Below are positions 63,622 through 64,000 of a stretch of DNA of 64,000 nt, piece by piece. Location of the stretch: IMG/VR virus record IMGVR_UViG_3300035698_010479, positions 62,001 to 126,000 of that record. One strand, given 5' to 3'. The translations under genes and the position numbers were made by a program. The notes below the pieces were generated by a model, which ran no database searches, had not been told where the DNA came from, and saw only the letters and a program-made list of their open reading frames with translations. The first letter of the stretch is position 1. Each line of letters begins with the position of its first letter.

Positions 63622-64000
63622 TTAGGTACCCATATATTACTTCCATAGTTAACTCAGCAGGGCTATCTGTTTCGCGTTTAACAGACGGGGTTATATCAAT
63701 ATCTACAACAGGAATTCCTTCCTTAGTTAGAGATTTCACACCCATAGTTGCCGCCGCCCTCCCAGATTTATCTGCGTCATACATCATTATTACACCATTT
63801 AAGGCATATATCTTTAGTAGTTGTACTTGCCCAGGACTTAGAAAAGATCCCATTGTACAAACTACATTATATATCCCGTAATCATATAAGCGCCATACTG
63901 ATTTAAAACCCTCTACTACAACTATTGGTGCTATATTACCATATACTTTAGCATTATGCAAGTTATAAAGCACTGAATCTTTTATAAAGCCTGTAGTAAT
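63605..64000 (-). CDS. DNA primase TOPRIM C-terminal part (truncated by window end)
   Basis: VVVEGFKS, VCTMG, YDADKSG, DSPAE; frame is open to the window edge. Confidence 0.82.
   Translation of the reverse strand: MTTGFIKDSVLYNLHNAKVYGNIAPIVVVEGFKSVWRLYDYGIYNVVCTMGSFLSPGQVQLLKIYALNGVIMMYDADKSGRAAATMGVKSLTKEGIPVVDIDITPSVKRETDSPAELTMEVIYGYLNEYIR

Noticed and set aside
1-64000. Genome-wide TAG recoding (code 15)
   Set aside because: All long genes, including the structural island, are intact in code 11, and several genes end sensibly at TAG.

Overview
This is a 64-kb, AT-rich (roughly 30% GC by eye), densely coding segment of a large tailed phage genome, probably a jumbo phage. It reads well in the standard code, with host-type Shine-Dalgarno sites and several near-consensus sigma70 promoters. 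A + strand block (1-7.6 kb) carries an NAD kinase, a macrodomain protein, a radical SAM cluster and two RNA ligases. A long - strand region (7.7-33.8 kb) carries accessory, translation and chaperone genes: MetAP, Prs, a PgpH-like HD domain, a Clp-type AAA ATPase, a Rad52-like protein, two Pth2-like proteins, a glycosyltransferase/radical SAM/methyltransferase cassette, seven tRNAs, a triheme cytochrome c and DnaK. An inverted + strand island (33.9-39.6 kb) encodes probable virion or tail proteins. A - strand replication and nucleotide block (39.6-64 kb) holds an RlmN-like enzyme, Dam plus a nuclease, a fractured nrdJ, dUTPase, PolA, DnaX, glycosyltransferases and methyltransferases, DHFR, ThyA, Cas4-like, RuvC-like, DnaJ, SSB and primase genes. 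Highlights: (1) an RlmN-like radical SAM enzyme whose C-terminal catalytic-Cys segment (AACGQL) is encoded as a separate 64-aa gene two genes downstream, in a four-gene radical SAM operon that also lacks the resolving Cys; (2) an amber-suppressor tRNA (anticodon CUA); (3) a phage-borne secreted three-heme cytochrome c; (4) a class II ribonucleotide reductase fractured by a naturally split intein with a free-standing endonuclease gene between the halves. All calls come from motif recognition by eye; no database searches were run.
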